Part shown: positions 22,401 through 37,400 of the stretch, one piece after another
Position numbering within the stretch: the first letter of the stretch is position 1
How the letters are laid out: every line of letters starts with the position of its first letter
Assembly (NCBI GenBank): GCA_002633005.1
Contig: NMRA01000428.1
Coordinates: 21,335 to 85,082 of the forward strand
Direction: 5' to 3'
DNA from: Phoronis australis
Lineage: Eukaryota; Animalia; Phoronida
DNA: 63,748 bases
Notes under the pieces: model-generated
Told to the model about the DNA's origin: nothing
What the model saw: the letters and a program-made list of their open reading frames with translations, nothing else
The model's database searches: none
Translations under genes and position numbers: made by a program

Positions 22401-25400
22401 GTGACGGACACACAGTTTGAACTGGAGGTGGATGCTGAGGATGAAAACAGTGAAGTGACAATGCATTACGCTGTCGGCACCTATAAAGGTGGAAATGACG
22501 CAATCGTAAGTAGCCCGTTGTGTGCCCATGTAGTACTGATCTTCAGTATTGACCTCAGTTTTAGATCCCTGATCGTTATACTTTGGGCCACGAGAGAACA
22601 ACCTCAGTCTCAGAATGTCCGAGCCAGTCTTGATGAAACTGGATGGGAAATAGTGTCAACTTTGATCAAAAACCAGCCCTGAATGGGACACTGCTTGCTT
22701 GGGTTACATTCCATTTCAGAGGTATTTTCGAGATGGTACTAAGAAACAAGGGGAAGTAATTACCAAAATTGACAATCTCAAAGGCTGATTACCTAGTAAT
22801 CATCTAAGAACAAACAATAAAAGCTTAATTTCCAAACGTTATTTTGTAACTATAGTCCGGTCCCTTATCAGCCAAAAACCCCAAAACATTTACACCCTGG
22901 ATTAAAGCACCGAAGTTGGTACACAAATACTTTGGGACACGCTGAATCTCATGGGGGTGGGTTGTCCGAAATTTGAGGTCAAGGTCAAATCAAGGTCAAA
23001 GGTCATGTGGGTAATTTTTTTGAAATGGGTTCAGACGAAATATCTGTTTCAGTACTGTTTCAGGTAATAAGCAGGAGGCTTTATTTTGATTTAAAATTAA
23101 TGTTAATAACTTGTACAAACAAGTTAAAAGTAAAAAAGTAATTTTCCAGACACTTAAGATGGTAATTATCCTAATCAATATAGCATATACATTTTCAATG
23201 AAAAATAAGTCTATTTGTTTTCTCTGGCTGACAAAAACTGTCTAACTAGTATGCATATGCATTAAATCAATTTTAAAATGTTTTACATTTAACAGAAATT
23301 CATTTTTAAATGTTTTTGTTAAAATATTGATGGTATGTAAAAAATCGTCTCCGTAGTTAAAGGAAATCGGACAGTGTGCCAAATTTGGTGCTTTGATCCG
23401 AGGTGTAAACGTTTTCAGGTTAAGCGCCTGGACTAACACCTCCTCAGTACAATCCAGTGATTGACTAAATGTTTGTGGAGAAACTCGACAGAAATAGAAT
23501 TTCACTTGTCAGACATATTGAGTGGTCAATATGTGAATTATGAGTGTACCTTGATGTCACCGATTCAGTCACCATATATCTATCTGACTTAGATTTGCAA
23601 AATCATTGCTCTGCGTGGATTCAAAGCATTTGCCCATCTCATCAGTGAGACAATCTAGCTCTGTCTACTGACTAGTACTAACAGTTACTGCTGTTGCAGT
23701 TTCGTCAAAATAGTCCACTGAGATTGACTCGTGCTTAAATATACCATACTATGTAATAGATAATATGAACATTTAATTTATTTGATTACTTAAGATGGAA
23801 TATGCACCATGACTAGAAAGTATGCTTTCAAAGTTATGCTATTTGTTACATGTCATCTTACCTGAATTTAGGACTGGACTCAGATGTCAGCTACTAATGC
23901 AGTCGTAGAGGCCAAGATGCCTGGTGGTATACCTCTCTTCTTCACTGTCAGAGCCAAGAATGAACAAGGCATGGAGGCATTGGCTCAGTGTCAGTTGGAG
24001 ACATTTGATAACACTTTGCCTGAAGGACGAGTGAATATGTTGTATTTATACTCGGCTAACCCTAGGGTCATTCAGTAAGTATTGTGTCAGTACTCAGCTA
24101 AGCCTAGGGTTATTCAAGATTGTATCTGCATTCATTTAAGCTAGGATTATTCTATAAGTGCATGCGGTTATATTCTAGTCAGCTAACTCTAGTGTCATTC
24201 AGTATGTTTTGTGTCTATACTCCACTAACCCTCGCTTCATCCAGTAATTACGTGTTGTATAAACACCCTTTTTGCACTGCCTTCTTGGACTCATTTCAGC
24301 ACTTTGATTTGATAGTGTATGAAGTTTGTTGGTTTTCTTTACTAGATAGTTCCACTTTCGGACTGTGAACTTCATTGGCAGGCCATGTTTCCGTCTATTT
24401 TAGGCATCCTGCTCTCTATCTGCCAAACCACTTTAAGAATCATTATGAAAACTGGTTATTGTATTCCCATTGGGTAGAGCATGGTTGACAATTTCTCTAC
24501 AGTTTGAATAATGTAGTGTCCTCTACTGGCAGTTTGCTTTTTTCACATGACAAATGTATTTCTCTGAATGTGACAACAGATGACTTGTAGCCATATCTGA
24601 AAACTTCTGTGCTCCCACTGCCAGTTTTGAATTTTTATGATCTTGGCAGATATGTTCCTGTTAAGGAGAGCACTGCTCACTTGCTCTGCACCCTCTAGAG
24701 GTTATTTTAAGTTTTCTAACATTGCTCCATTTTATTGGAAATGTTTAAAGTACTTGTCATCCCTTGTATCTGCGCAGTATGCGAAGACGGTGGGCGCATA
24801 TCATTGCTCCTGTATTAATTGGGGTTACACTTAGCCTTAATTTACTACTGAATGCTATCAACAAATAAATTGTTTCAAAAGCTCTTTACGAGTCCAGCAA
24901 AATAAAATTGCTGGACAGTATTTAGTGATTGAAGAACAAGGCACGTTGACGTGAAATCGTCAAACACTCTCTTTTACAGGGGCTATGTGACTGAAGCATG
25001 CACAAGGCACATTTGATGTGAAAATGTCACGCTCTTTTTTTATAGGGGCTCTGTGATTGCTTTTGAGGACAGTCCTCTCAAAGATGAAAGCCTATTGCAA
25101 GGCCTTGGTAACTCTCCTGGGGCACAGAACGGTGACAGTTACTTGAAATGGGCCTCTTTCGATTTCAACACTCCTACCCTCAACTCTCTGGAGGTGTGTA
25201 TAACCCAACTGCTCCTTCCTGTTATTAAAGTTACCAAATCTTCGTTTTTATCATGGTTTTGCATTGTTTGGTATTTAGAGATTTTGCAATTTTTTCACAA
25301 ACTGGTGATTTTTACATTAATGTTTTGAGTTTAATGACGTTTTATTGCCAGTTTTTCAGGCTTTTTGGGAACATTCTATTTGTTAAATTTTCCTTTGTTA

Positions 25401-28400
25401 TTTTTGATAATGCGAGGACATGTGGCTTGGGAATATTTTGTGCTCAGATAATGATGTTGATTTGTTTTGATAAACAGCGATGCCCGCGTAGTGTCATACC
25501 CTCTGTTTCGTCATAAATTATTGTTGTGGGATATTCTATTAAGCGGGTCCCAATTCAATCATAACCACTCTTGTCAGGTGATCTTTTTATGTCAGACTGA
25601 CGCCAAGAAAAGCAAATTTAAGTACACGATTGTGATAATCAGTGTAATACGTCTTCGTTTACACAAACTTGGTTGAAAACACAACTAGACTTTTTGTTTG
25701 CATGCTTATTAATTAGTCAAGAAAAACCTGTGTTGAATGAGCAGCTCACAGGTGTGTACCGCACGCTGGCTCTGTTTTGATAGTGTTGTATGCTTCCTAC
25801 TGTACGGTGCGTTCACAGGTGTGTACCGCACGCTGGCTCTGTTTTGATAGTGTTGTATGCTTCCTACTGTACGGTGCATGCACACTCTCTTGTATGGCCC
25901 TCTTCCTGCTGCCACATGTATTTCACTGTTTATTTCGCTACTTAAATGTTCATTCCACTTATTGCCTTATGATGAGACATGCAGTCTCGAAATATGGCTT
26001 GTCGTTTTAATTTATTTGTTTGTTATGTCTCCCGGGGTTTTACTACATTGCTGCAAACCTGAAGAAAGGAGATTTTTTTGATAATACGAGCGAACCAGTA
26101 TCAAGCTTGCTAACAAAAAGTCTAGTCGTGTTTTCAGCGAAGATTGTGGCAATGTGTAGGACTGGGAAGAATCATTTTTGATGGTTTTATCAGTGACAGT
26201 ATCGGGAAATATGACGAGAACCATATTTTTATCTTATGACATTAAGTGAGCTCCACTGATAATTTTACAAAAAGAAACCAAATGTGGGCACACCAACTTA
26301 AACGTAAAATCCAAGTCATCAGTATTCAAGCAGTAAAACATGCTGTTAACATTGAAAGTCAGGTTTCTGTTTCATGAAAATGACTAATAGCTGGTCATAA
26401 TTTTTTTGTGGGTTTGTTTTGTGTTTAAAATTTTGCATATATATGCAATGGTTAGTACAATCACGCTTCAGCAGTTATATACAAATTATTTGATTAATCT
26501 GCAATTATTGGACTGTGTATAATTTCAGAGGCTTTTTTGATGGACTGTCAGAAATACTTACTTGTGTGTGTGGAATGGCAGATGAAATTCCCGTCACTTT
26601 CATGAAACAGATGATTGGATTTTAGTGGTTCACCAATGTTTTGAATATTACCATTTTTGTCTGGGTTTTTAATAGAGGAGATCCAAAAATGGAATCAGCA
26701 AGGCAAAACACTTTTTAAGCCTTGTCTTGTGCTGCTGTTTGTGAAAGGTTTTCTTCAGGTATATTTTGTGAGAAAACTTCCTCTGATTGATTGACAATGG
26801 CGTGTTTCATTTCAGACGGGTGACATGCAGAAGTTCACACCACCAAAGGACGGCCATTTGTCCAACACACAGCCTATAGCTGAGTCAGTGGAGAAGTCTC
26901 CGGCAGCATGTGCCAAGAAGTGTCTGAACTATGGGCGCAAGTGTATCGCAATCGAGTACGACGTAGTTAACAAGGCGTGTCTATTGCAGTCAGTCATATG
27001 GAATCCAACCAATGGCGTAAGTAAATTATTTAGCTGTTTGTATCAAATCATTTTAGTTGTTAATTTTGTATTAAAATACCCATGGCTGTCATTTCCCAAT
27101 CAACATATTCCTTACAAGTTTGTGTGTGACCATGACACAGTACAACCACTGATTCAGAATTATTAGACCTCTCTCTGGTCTCCCTCCGGTCTGGCTAGGC
27201 ATGAAGGTAACTGCAGGAGACGAACTGGACAGTCAGGCATTAATCGACCCTGAGCATATGCGTGACTGTACCCAGAACCTACCGTGAGCCGTACGTGAAT
27301 GCCCCGTGAGCGAGGCATGAGTCATGGGTGCGTTTCCCACCTTTCCTACAGGCGGGACAATTGCATCTTAATGGATAACCAGTGTTTTAATCGGGGTAGA
27401 TAACTTCATGAACTATGTGAATTAGAGCTTATCAATAATTTTCGGACATTAAGTGTCAGTAGATTTAAGTAGCAGATAAAGCCTGAGTCTAATGCTGGAA
27501 TAAAAACTTACAAAAATTTGCGGCATTGTGTCCGCATCTGACGGATTTCAGCTTGGCTTGACGTTCTTGATATTCTGGCCAATTGGTGGCGTTTTGACCA
27601 GACAGAGCGGCATTGATGTCAAAACACCATCCCATTAGTGTGACAAATCGAATGTTAAACCGGCTCTTTTATTTAAAGAGGGACTCTCAATGTGCTCATG
27701 GAAAGCTTCCTTTGAGAGTCTCTAATAATTCGATGCTTGTACTATACGTCGATGAGAAAGCGTCACACTGTAAGCAGTGAAAGGTCCTTATTTTCCTGCT
27801 CCAGAGTGTTGTGAAGAATACTTTATCATAAGTATAGTCCTGGTAAGAAGATCAACATGATTTCAGAGGTGTGACCCTTGTTAATGGGGATACTTAGTTT
27901 GCCTGAGGGTTATACTCCATAAAATATTGTTTTAGTTTATTTTGCTCTCAGGTATACAGTTGCACATAATGACCTTTCATAAAATGCATGCTGTTAACCT
28001 ATCTGTGTTTTTATAGGTTGACCTGAAACAGAGTGCCGGCTGGTCGTACTACGAGCGTCTCAATTTGGGCTATGCCAAGGTCTTCAGATATGACATTGAG
28101 ACAGAGCACAGTTCTCAGTACTGCATCAACGTGGATATAACTAACTCGCTGGGATACAGGGTGAGCTAATTACTGAGAAAGTATTAGACAATAACGTTGT
28201 ATCTTTGTCTGGGTTGATTATTAGTCTGACTATGGAAGCACAAACTGTGGATCTCATGTGATCCATTATTGCTGTGTATTTCTTGCTCTCCTGTGGGAAA
28301 GTTAAGGCTGATTTCTGTGATTTGTATATTTTCAGAATTTTATCAATCCAGGACCAGGTCGCTGCACTATAATTGATTTCACTCCACCTGAACCGGCCAA

Positions 28401-31400
28401 TATAATTAGTCCAAAGTCTGACGACGTATTTGCTCATTTGTGTGAGGCAGCAATCACCCAACGATGTCATGAAGTCACGGATCAGCCCAATCACAGATAC
28501 ATCATTGATGGTCCCAAAGACAAAGCCGTGTTCAATGGTCAGAAGCCACTAGAGGAGAAGCTGTATCAACTGGCTACAAGTTATCTCAATGGTAATGTGT
28601 CTTCAGTANGATAACCAGTGTTTTAATCGGGGTAGATAACTTCATGAATTATGTGAATTAGAGCTGTGCTGAAAGTGTCGAATAAAAAAACTAAGAGGAA
28701 ACTGGGCAGCAATTTCTGAACTTGTTTGACAGGTTTTAGTTAGTTCGCATTTGTTTTATAATATATTGCAAACATAACATTAAATTTACACAGCTGTATT
28801 TAAATATATATAGTGTATTTATTAATTAACACTTTAGCCTATTATTTCCCATTTATGTTTATGACAGTAGATTTAAGTAACAGATAAAGCCTGAGTCTAA
28901 TACTGGAATAAAAACTTACAAAAACTAGCGGCGTTGTGTCCGCATCTGACGGATTTCAGCTTGGCTTGACGTTCTTGTTATTCTGGCCAATTGGTGGCGT
29001 TTTGACCAGACAGAGCGGCATTGATATCAAAACACCATCCCATTAGTGTGACAAATCGAATGTTAAACCGGCTCTTTTATTTAAAGAGGGACTCTCAATG
29101 TGCTCATGGAGAGCTTCCTTTGAGAGTCTCTAATAATTCGATGCTTGTACTATACGTCGATGAGAAAGCATCACACTGTAAGCAGTGAAAGGTCCTTATT
29201 TTCCTGCTCCAGAGTGTTGTGAAGAATACTTTATCATAAGTATAGTCCTGGTAAGATCAACATGATTTCAGAGGTGTGACCCTTGTTAATGGGGATACTT
29301 AGTTTGCCTGAGGGTTATACTCCATAAAATATTGTTTTAGTTTATTTTGCTCTCAGGTACACAGTTGCACATAACGACCTTTCATAAAATGCATGCTGTT
29401 AACCTATCTGTGTTTTTATAGGTTGACCTGAAACAGAGTGCCGGCTGGTCGTACTACGAGCGTCTCAACCTGGGCTATGCCAAGGTCTTCAGATACGACA
29501 TTGAGACAGAGCACAGTTCTCAGTACTGCATCAACGTGGATATAACTAACTCGCTGGGATACAGGGTGAGCTAATTACTGAGAAAGTATTAGACAATAAC
29601 GTTGTATCTTTGTCTGGGTTGATTATTAGTCTGACTATGGAAGCACAAACTGTGGATCTCATGTGATCCATTATTGCTGTGTATTTCTTGCTCTCCTGTG
29701 GGAAAGTTAAGGCTGATTTCTGTGATTTGTATATTTTCAGAATTTTATCAATCCAGGACCAGGTCGCTGCACTATAATTGATTTCACTCCACCTGAACCG
29801 GCCAATATAATTAGTCCAAAGTCTGACGACGTATTTGCTCATTTGTGTGAGGCAGCAATCACCCAACGATGTCATGAAGTCACGGATCAGCCCAATCACA
29901 GATACATCATTGATGGTCCCAAAGACAAAGCCGTGTTCAATGGTCAGAAGCCACTAGAGGAGAAGCTGTATCAACTGGCTACAAGTTATCTCAATGGTAA
30001 TGTGTCTTCAATACTGAACTACAAGTTATCTCAATGGTAATGTGTCTTCAGTACTGAACTACAAGTTATCTCAATGGTAATGTGTCATCAGTACTGAACT
30101 ACAAGTTATCTCAATGGTAATGTGTCTTCAGTACTGAACTACAAGTTATCGCAATGGTAATGTCTCTTCAGTACTGAACTACAAGTTATCTCAATGGTAA
30201 TGTGTCTTCAGTACTGAACTACAAGTTATCTCAATGGTAATGTGTCTTCAATACTGAAGTACAAGTTATCTCAATGGTAATGTCTCTTCAGTACTGAACT
30301 ACAAGTTATCTCAGTGGTAATGTGTCTTCAATACTGAACTACAAGTTATCTCAGTGATAATGTGTCTTCAATACTGAACTACAAGTTATCTCAACGGTAA
30401 TGTCTCTTCAGTACTGAACTACAATTTATCTCAATGGTAATGTGTCTTCAATACTGAACTTCAAGTTATCTCAATGGTAATGTCTCTTCAATACTGAACT
30501 ACAAGTTATCTCATTGGTAATGTGTCATCAATAAACAACGAATGAGAACAGTTTAATGCACACAGTCACATACATACACACACCCACAAACAGACACAAA
30601 CACACACTTAGTTTTAGCAAGCAAATATGAGTAATTTTTCAAAAGTTACTTTTAATAAATAATTTAAAGTACACTTTTTTAGGGCCTAAACTTTTCATTT
30701 ATGCCAAATGTAACTTCATTCCATAGATGAAGTAAGTTAAGCAATTATGATTTTAACATCCAAAAATGTCTTGTTGAAAAACTCCAAGCATGTAGTATGA
30801 TAGCTGGTTGTCAAAAGTGGTTTTACGATTGGAGTTGAAAAGATATCAGAGGCCAAACTATTCCTGGCATCCACCCAGGACAAATAGTTGTTGCTTGTAA
30901 AGAGTCGACCAGTATAATTTTCAGGTTTGTTGATTTTTTTTTCCGAGAAATTGTATACAGCCGTACCTCGGGAGTCTTGCTTGATGAACAATAATTAACA
31001 AAATGTAAAAAAAGCTATGAATTAGACTTAAACTGATAACTACAACTCTTGATCGAATCTCATTCGAGACTGCAGCTGGAAATTCTCAGTGCAAACTCTC
31101 GCAGCTTCTCTCGGGGTCACAAGTTCTAATAACAGAATAGGAGTTGGCATTTCAGGTCTAGAGTTATATGACTTAGTGCACGCCATATAGTAGCTGTTTT
31201 TTATTATTTTTAGTCTTGTTTTTGCTTAGGGTGATTGTGAAAATTGCCATCTTTTTAGTGTGAGGAGGACACCTGGTGAATAGATGATTTTGGACGGTGC
31301 CTAATACAACATCTGAGTTGCATGAAAAAAGACAGCACTTGTCTTTGCAACATATTGGATTTGAGGCTTACATCACTGCACTTGTTTATAAAATGTTTAC

Positions 31401-34400
31401 AACATAATTTTCTGTTGCTGTATTACAAACCAGACTTAGCAGGTGGAGAATATCGAATGCCCAGCTGCTCTAATTTACAAACTACAGTACTGTAACTAGT
31501 GTATAAATTTTGTTATTATAGTACATGAATTGGTCTGATCTTCTTTTAGCCAATTGGGATGAGTATGAGGACAAAGACAGTGGCATGTTTGGTTACACTT
31601 GGAAGGCTGGGCGGACAGTTTGTGGCAACGAGACGGCGGACTTTGAGGACCCTCATGCCCATCTGGCCTCTAAGGAACACTGGAACCATAAAGGACTGGC
31701 CACATTCAAGGGCAAGCCCCTACCAGAGGGGCCCTTCTACTTCACTGTTCAAGTGAGTTGGGAGCACTGAAATGCTACTTCCTGAATGATATTTTAATTT
31801 GTTGATTTCTATGCTAAGTATCTCATTGTTTAGTTAGGTGTGATCAAGTCAAGATTTCAGTGTTTAGCTTTGAGGGATGGTAGTTCACCCTGATGCATAA
31901 TGTGAGTAGATGATTATTCTCTACCTACAAGATGTCGTTCCAAGCTTGTTTTCTTTGAATATTACTGGATTGATACACCAGGAGATTACTTTAGTGGTGT
32001 GCAATTATGAGTTTGTGACTCAATTTTCCAATGACTGCTAATGTCTTATTGCAGGGTCTCAATGATGTCATCTTCGGTGGTTCTCTGGTGACGACTGTCT
32101 GTCACAGTCGACCTTTGACCATTGATATCACTCCTCCCATCTTCGACAATGTTGAAAATTTCATCTACAGTGAACAGATGAATGTCCTGATAGTCGACTT
32201 CACTGCCTATGACAGTCTCTCTGGTAAAGGAATCATTGATTAATATGGATCTTTAGATGCGTAGAATTTTCTGTTTTTATGCTCACCAGTTGAGGCCTGC
32301 TCTCAATGAACCCCAAAAACTCTTGCGATGTTTGTCACTGAATTTTCGAAATCAGACACTTAGATGTTAAATTTACAATATGTTTGTGTCATAAATTCAT
32401 TTTTGCTTATAAAAGTTTATTGCTGTCTAGAAACCATTGTTTATTATGAGAATTATGTCCCTGACCTTCTTAACAGGTCTCAGTCTGGTTGAGTTTGGCC
32501 TGGGACGTTCAAAGTACGATGTGAAGTTGAGACCATACGAAGATGTCAGCACAGACAACCCTGATGTGTTGACCTTCCTACAGCTGACCATGGATGAGAT
32601 TGTTATGCCCGAGGGTGAACCAGCCTGGATCCGCATGCAGGTTCTCAACAATGGTAAAGCATTCATTGGTGGATGGTTTTTCTGTAGTTTGAGGTTTAAT
32701 TTTTTGAAACAACTATAGAAAGTTAATTGGTTGTAATGTTGATGATAACCAATGACTTAACATGTCGAGTAATTCCATGTTACTGTGAAGTGAAAGGGTT
32801 ACTTGCTTTTAGCCATCAAAATTGATTTATAGCTATTTTTTTCAAAAAAGAGAAAAATTACTAGTTTTTTTAATGTCTTTATGAGTTAGTGTTGAATCTG
32901 TGCAAAATGTGAATTTCTTCCATCTGTGTTAGGAAACTTACAGAAGAGTTACTGTACCTTTCAATTCATTATGTTTTAAAGTTGAACTGTTTGTGGCTGG
33001 GCATGGTGAATCTCCACTCTTGGTTGACAAGTCCCCACCTATCGCTGGAGACGTCTACGATGGATTGAACCACAAGCGCGACATACAGTTCACCAGTGAC
33101 AACACACAGCTGTGTGCTCACTGGCAAAATTTCTTTGATCCCCACTCAGGCATCATGAAGTAAGTTTGCTCCATAAGTTTACAGACCTCTGCAGAAGTAA
33201 AAATATGAGCGCAGCCCCAGAAATTGCTTTTGCATTATATCCACGCTCTCATTCACTAACTTGCATACATTCACAAGTAAGATCAAGCTCAGGCAAGTAG
33301 GAGACACTTTTGTGCAATGCTCGGTTGTCTACCAGTGAAGCCAGGATTCAAACCCGTGTCTCCCAAACAGGAGTGGCGCAAACCAGCGAACCACAGTCTG
33401 TCTCCGCAGACAAAGTTACATTGATGATTTAAATCTCCATGGAAACACTCAATAAACATTCAGTAGAACAGATCCTCACAGTAAACTCGAATGCAATAAC
33501 AAAATGACACAAAAATTCTTAACACCCTAAACTTGCAGAGTAGGACATGACTAATTAATGGAGAAGCCTTAATTTACTGAAACATATGTCTTGTGTAATA
33601 AAAAAATCATATTTTTACTAAAAATGACATGAAAAAGGTTGCTTTCACCTTTTGGTGATAAAAGTGAGGCTTCTCAATGTGGAGTAACTCTCGGCCATTT
33701 TGTTTTTGTTCACGTCTCTTTTGTGAATAAAATTGGTACATCATTATAACGTTTAAGTTTGTGATTTCAAGTGTTAAAGCCTAACTTCAACGGAATTTCG
33801 TTATTTTAGATGTACTGGGCTAACCAGATAGTCCCAGCAAAGCCGTTAGTAAAATAAGAAAACACGGTTGAGTTCAATCATGCAAATGTAAGCCCGTCAA
33901 ATGATAAGTGAAGCTGCCTTTTCGTGCCATGTTGCGTCACTGTGAGATCCTATCACAAGCAACAAAAGGTTGTATTGAATAGGGGTCTGAATAGAACATC
34001 ATTGCGTGCGGGTATTATTCTCAGCTGTTTGATTAACAGGTGATTCTTGTGGTGTCGTAAACAAAAGCAAGCTGACACGCCTAACAGTTCGTTACATTTG
34101 GCAATTTATGGCACTAGTGAGTGGACTCAGGGCGATGCTCTTAAGATGCTGTAGGAACCAAATTTACTGGTGTTACCGTTGAAGATAGGCTTTAACTGTC
34201 GAAACATTTTATTTTAAGTCCATCATAGTTCTAAGCTTTAGTATACTGCAATATTATTATAAGCATTTTATTTAAAGTGCACCATAGTTCTAGGCATAAT
34301 TTCATATTGTTTCAGCATTTTTCAGTGATTTTCGAACTTCTAACTGGACTACTTTCTGATAATGTTTGATGCAAGGTGCAACGTTTGATATTAGAGAAAA

Positions 34401-37400
34401 ATAAAAATGCCAAAATTGCCATGCGCAAGTCTTGGAAATCAAGAAAATTCAATTTCTGTTTTGAATTTCGGTATCTCAAATTTTGGATACCGTCCCAAAC
34501 TGGAGAATTTATACCTCTATCAACGAATGACACTTGATTAAAATGATTTCAGATATTATATACGCATGGGTTCTACCCTTGGTGGCTATGATCTCACAAA
34601 CAATACTGACATTGCTCTAAGCTACCGACAGAAGACCTATTGTCACAAGGGGTTGAGTCTTACCCATAATTCCGTGTATTACACCATGGTAACAGCCTCC
34701 AACAGAGGTCTCATACCTAAGTATGTCAACGGCAGCTCCAACGGGGGTGAGTTGGAGAAAAGGCAAAAACTTAATATCAAGTGAATTGTAAAGTCAAGTT
34801 TATTTTATTATGATAATATGTTATGTTACCTAATAGTATTTTCCAAAACTGGCCATTTTTTGTCATTCTGTAAAAGCTGGTTTACAGGCAGCTGTAACTT
34901 GTAAGTTTTATACAGTCTTGATTCATACCAGTTCTACACTGTGCAGATTCTGATGCAGAATTTTGTAATATTTAGTTTTGTTGAGAATTGAAATTCCACA
35001 TTTCCTTCATAATGCATGCTGAATATTCTAAGAATGACTGTGTTACAGTTTATCACTGGTCCTGACATCCTCATTTCAGTGAGAGTTGATCTGACCCCTC
35101 CAACAACGGGCACTGTGACAGATGGACGGGACGGTCTGGCTGATATCACGTTCAGTAATGATGTGGCTGCTATAATGGCGCAGTGGCAAGGTGTGTTAAT
35201 ACTAGATGTCGTATTTTGCCTTAAGGAGTAGGATCAAGGTTGTTTTAGAATTCACGAGACGATAATACAAAACCTACTGTCAGAGGCTAATAGATTAGCT
35301 CATTAGCATTGCACTCTATAAATAGATAACCGTAGATTCATGCCACGTTATATACAGGCAAGAAATTTCAGAAAATAATTGTAATTTTACTGAGTTAATT
35401 TCTATAGTTTTCTTGATCTTTAGATAAATGAACAGACCTGTTGATAATGTCATACATTACCTTAATTCTCCAACAGGTGAATTATTGAGCACAGCATTGA
35501 AATTCATTTTAGTTCCACCTATTACTCAGTCCAGCATATTGAATTACTGAGCACGCCAACGTGTATGCACAACATGTTAAGGTGCTGTGTTTGGTATGTT
35601 AAGGTGTGGTATTCACCATAAGATACTTAACTGAGTTCTGTAATAGCATTACAAACCTTGACATTGTAAGATATTATACTCGGCTTTCTTAGATTCTAAG
35701 AACGGTATTTTTTGATATTGATCTCAGCATTATAAGGTACTAAGATCCAGTTTGTAAATCATTGATAGGATTCGCTGACCCAGAGTCCAACATCACCAAG
35801 TTTGACATCGATGTCCTTGTTAACAACCAAGTGCTTGAGACCTTCGCAGATAGACCTGGAACAGATCGAGAATTTGAGGAGCATCACTTTGCTTTGAAAC
35901 ACGCCGATAAGGTCAATGTTCGAGTGGCTGCTGAAAACGGTGCCTTGGCAACCTCTAGTGCAGTCTCCAATGGTTATGTCATTGATTTGACTCCACCCAA
36001 TCTCGTGAGCATCATCGACACCGACAACCCTGGTGGCAGGTAAAAACGCTTAGTTTTTAGTCTCATAATTTTTTGTTTATTGCATTTCAGAACTTTGTGT
36101 GCTTTGGTATAGCATACTGTGCTTGTCCAAGCTTATACACAAGGCATATAATTGGCAGACTCGAACGGAAATTATTTGAAATGGGGTGTTGTTCTGAGCA
36201 AGGGTCTTCAAAAGGAAAATGTCGTGGGTGGGCATTTAACCAAACAATGGTTTTAACCAGGACGAGTACGATATATTGAGTTCCTGAAAGCAATAGACTG
36301 TAGATCATCACAAATTCTGCTATGTGGGAAAAAAGAGCATTTCTTGATTTTTCCAAGAGTTAGTATACATCACTTCACGTGCTGAAAATTTCTTCTCATG
36401 TTGTGTCTTGACAGCTTTATTTTATGAACGATTCTAAAAACAAAGCTTAAATTGGAATCTCTCGATGAGTTGTTTTTGTGGAGTAAATGTTTGACAAGGT
36501 GAAATTTCGCTTGCCTGCCATGTTGCGTCCCAGAGTAATAGAATTTTTACCGTGCTAATCTTTAAGGTCATCCAATGAGATATCACGTCTTCGTAACCCA
36601 ACAGTGGAATGAGACATGATATCAAATTGATGGAGATGCATTCTGTATTAATCCATTTTTAGTTTAGGTCTTTAACTTAATATAGCCTCATGCTTACATG
36701 ACTTGTTGAAAACTCCTGCAGTTTCTTAACTTTTTGGCTTCTCTACCAAAAAACTCTGATGTCTTATGGCAATATCTCATAATTGTTTCACTTGATTAGA
36801 GATTGCTTGTCGTCTGAAAGTGTGCTGTACACATTTGAATTAACAAAGCTGCTCAACCTTAATAGTCTATTCTTGTATCAGTTTTGCTTGTGATAACAGG
36901 TTGGCTGGTTTGGTCAGGTGAAATTATAACATTATTGTCAAATAAAAGGTCTTCAAGTGGGACCTGATTAAAGTCTACTGAAATGTCTTAAGACCTGAGG
37001 CTTGTACTCATTGACAAAAAATGTTTGCACCAATTTCAGCCAAAGTATTCTGCTTTATTTTTGAAAATCTGAACAAAAGCATATAAACATTAGTCAAATG
37101 GAAGCAAGGTTTGAAACTACATATTGATCTGCTGAGCAATCAGTAAAAAGCAAAAGGTGCATTTTCTTTCTTGAAAAAGCAAACGACTTATCACACCGCG
37201 ATATCAATCTGCAAAACTGAATTGTGCTTCCAGCTATCAGAAGTTTAACGATCGACTGCTACTCAGCTGGGAATATGTTGATGCTGAGTCAGGCATAGCA
37301 GAGTACAGAGTCGTGGTCTACCAACAACTTAGTGGTGGTATTCGCCAGGTAAACATGAATTCTAAACTCAATTAAGAGAACTCGGTGAAATGTAGATATT

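Noticed and set aside
28141-28494. 117-aa minus-strand ORF and its copy at 29546-29899, plus other antisense ORFs (40679, 53424, 58216, 62889)
   Set aside because: They are antisense shadows of real + strand exons with no recognisable motifs
27373-30010. Duplicated exons as Dscam-style mutually exclusive exons (also 13261/16845 and 56083/57672)
   Set aside because: Each pair is joined at a single N, the introns are nearly identical and the peptides are identical, which indicates uncollapsed haplotypes
29981-30532. CRISPR-like appearance of the 25-40 bp arrays (also 5776, 7719, 59065)
   Set aside because: Units are head-to-tail with no unique spacers, there are no cas genes, and the context is eukaryotic
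33335-33407. Functional tRNA gene
   Set aside because: Only A/B-box-like motifs are present, with no complete cloverleaf; kept as a low-confidence SINE
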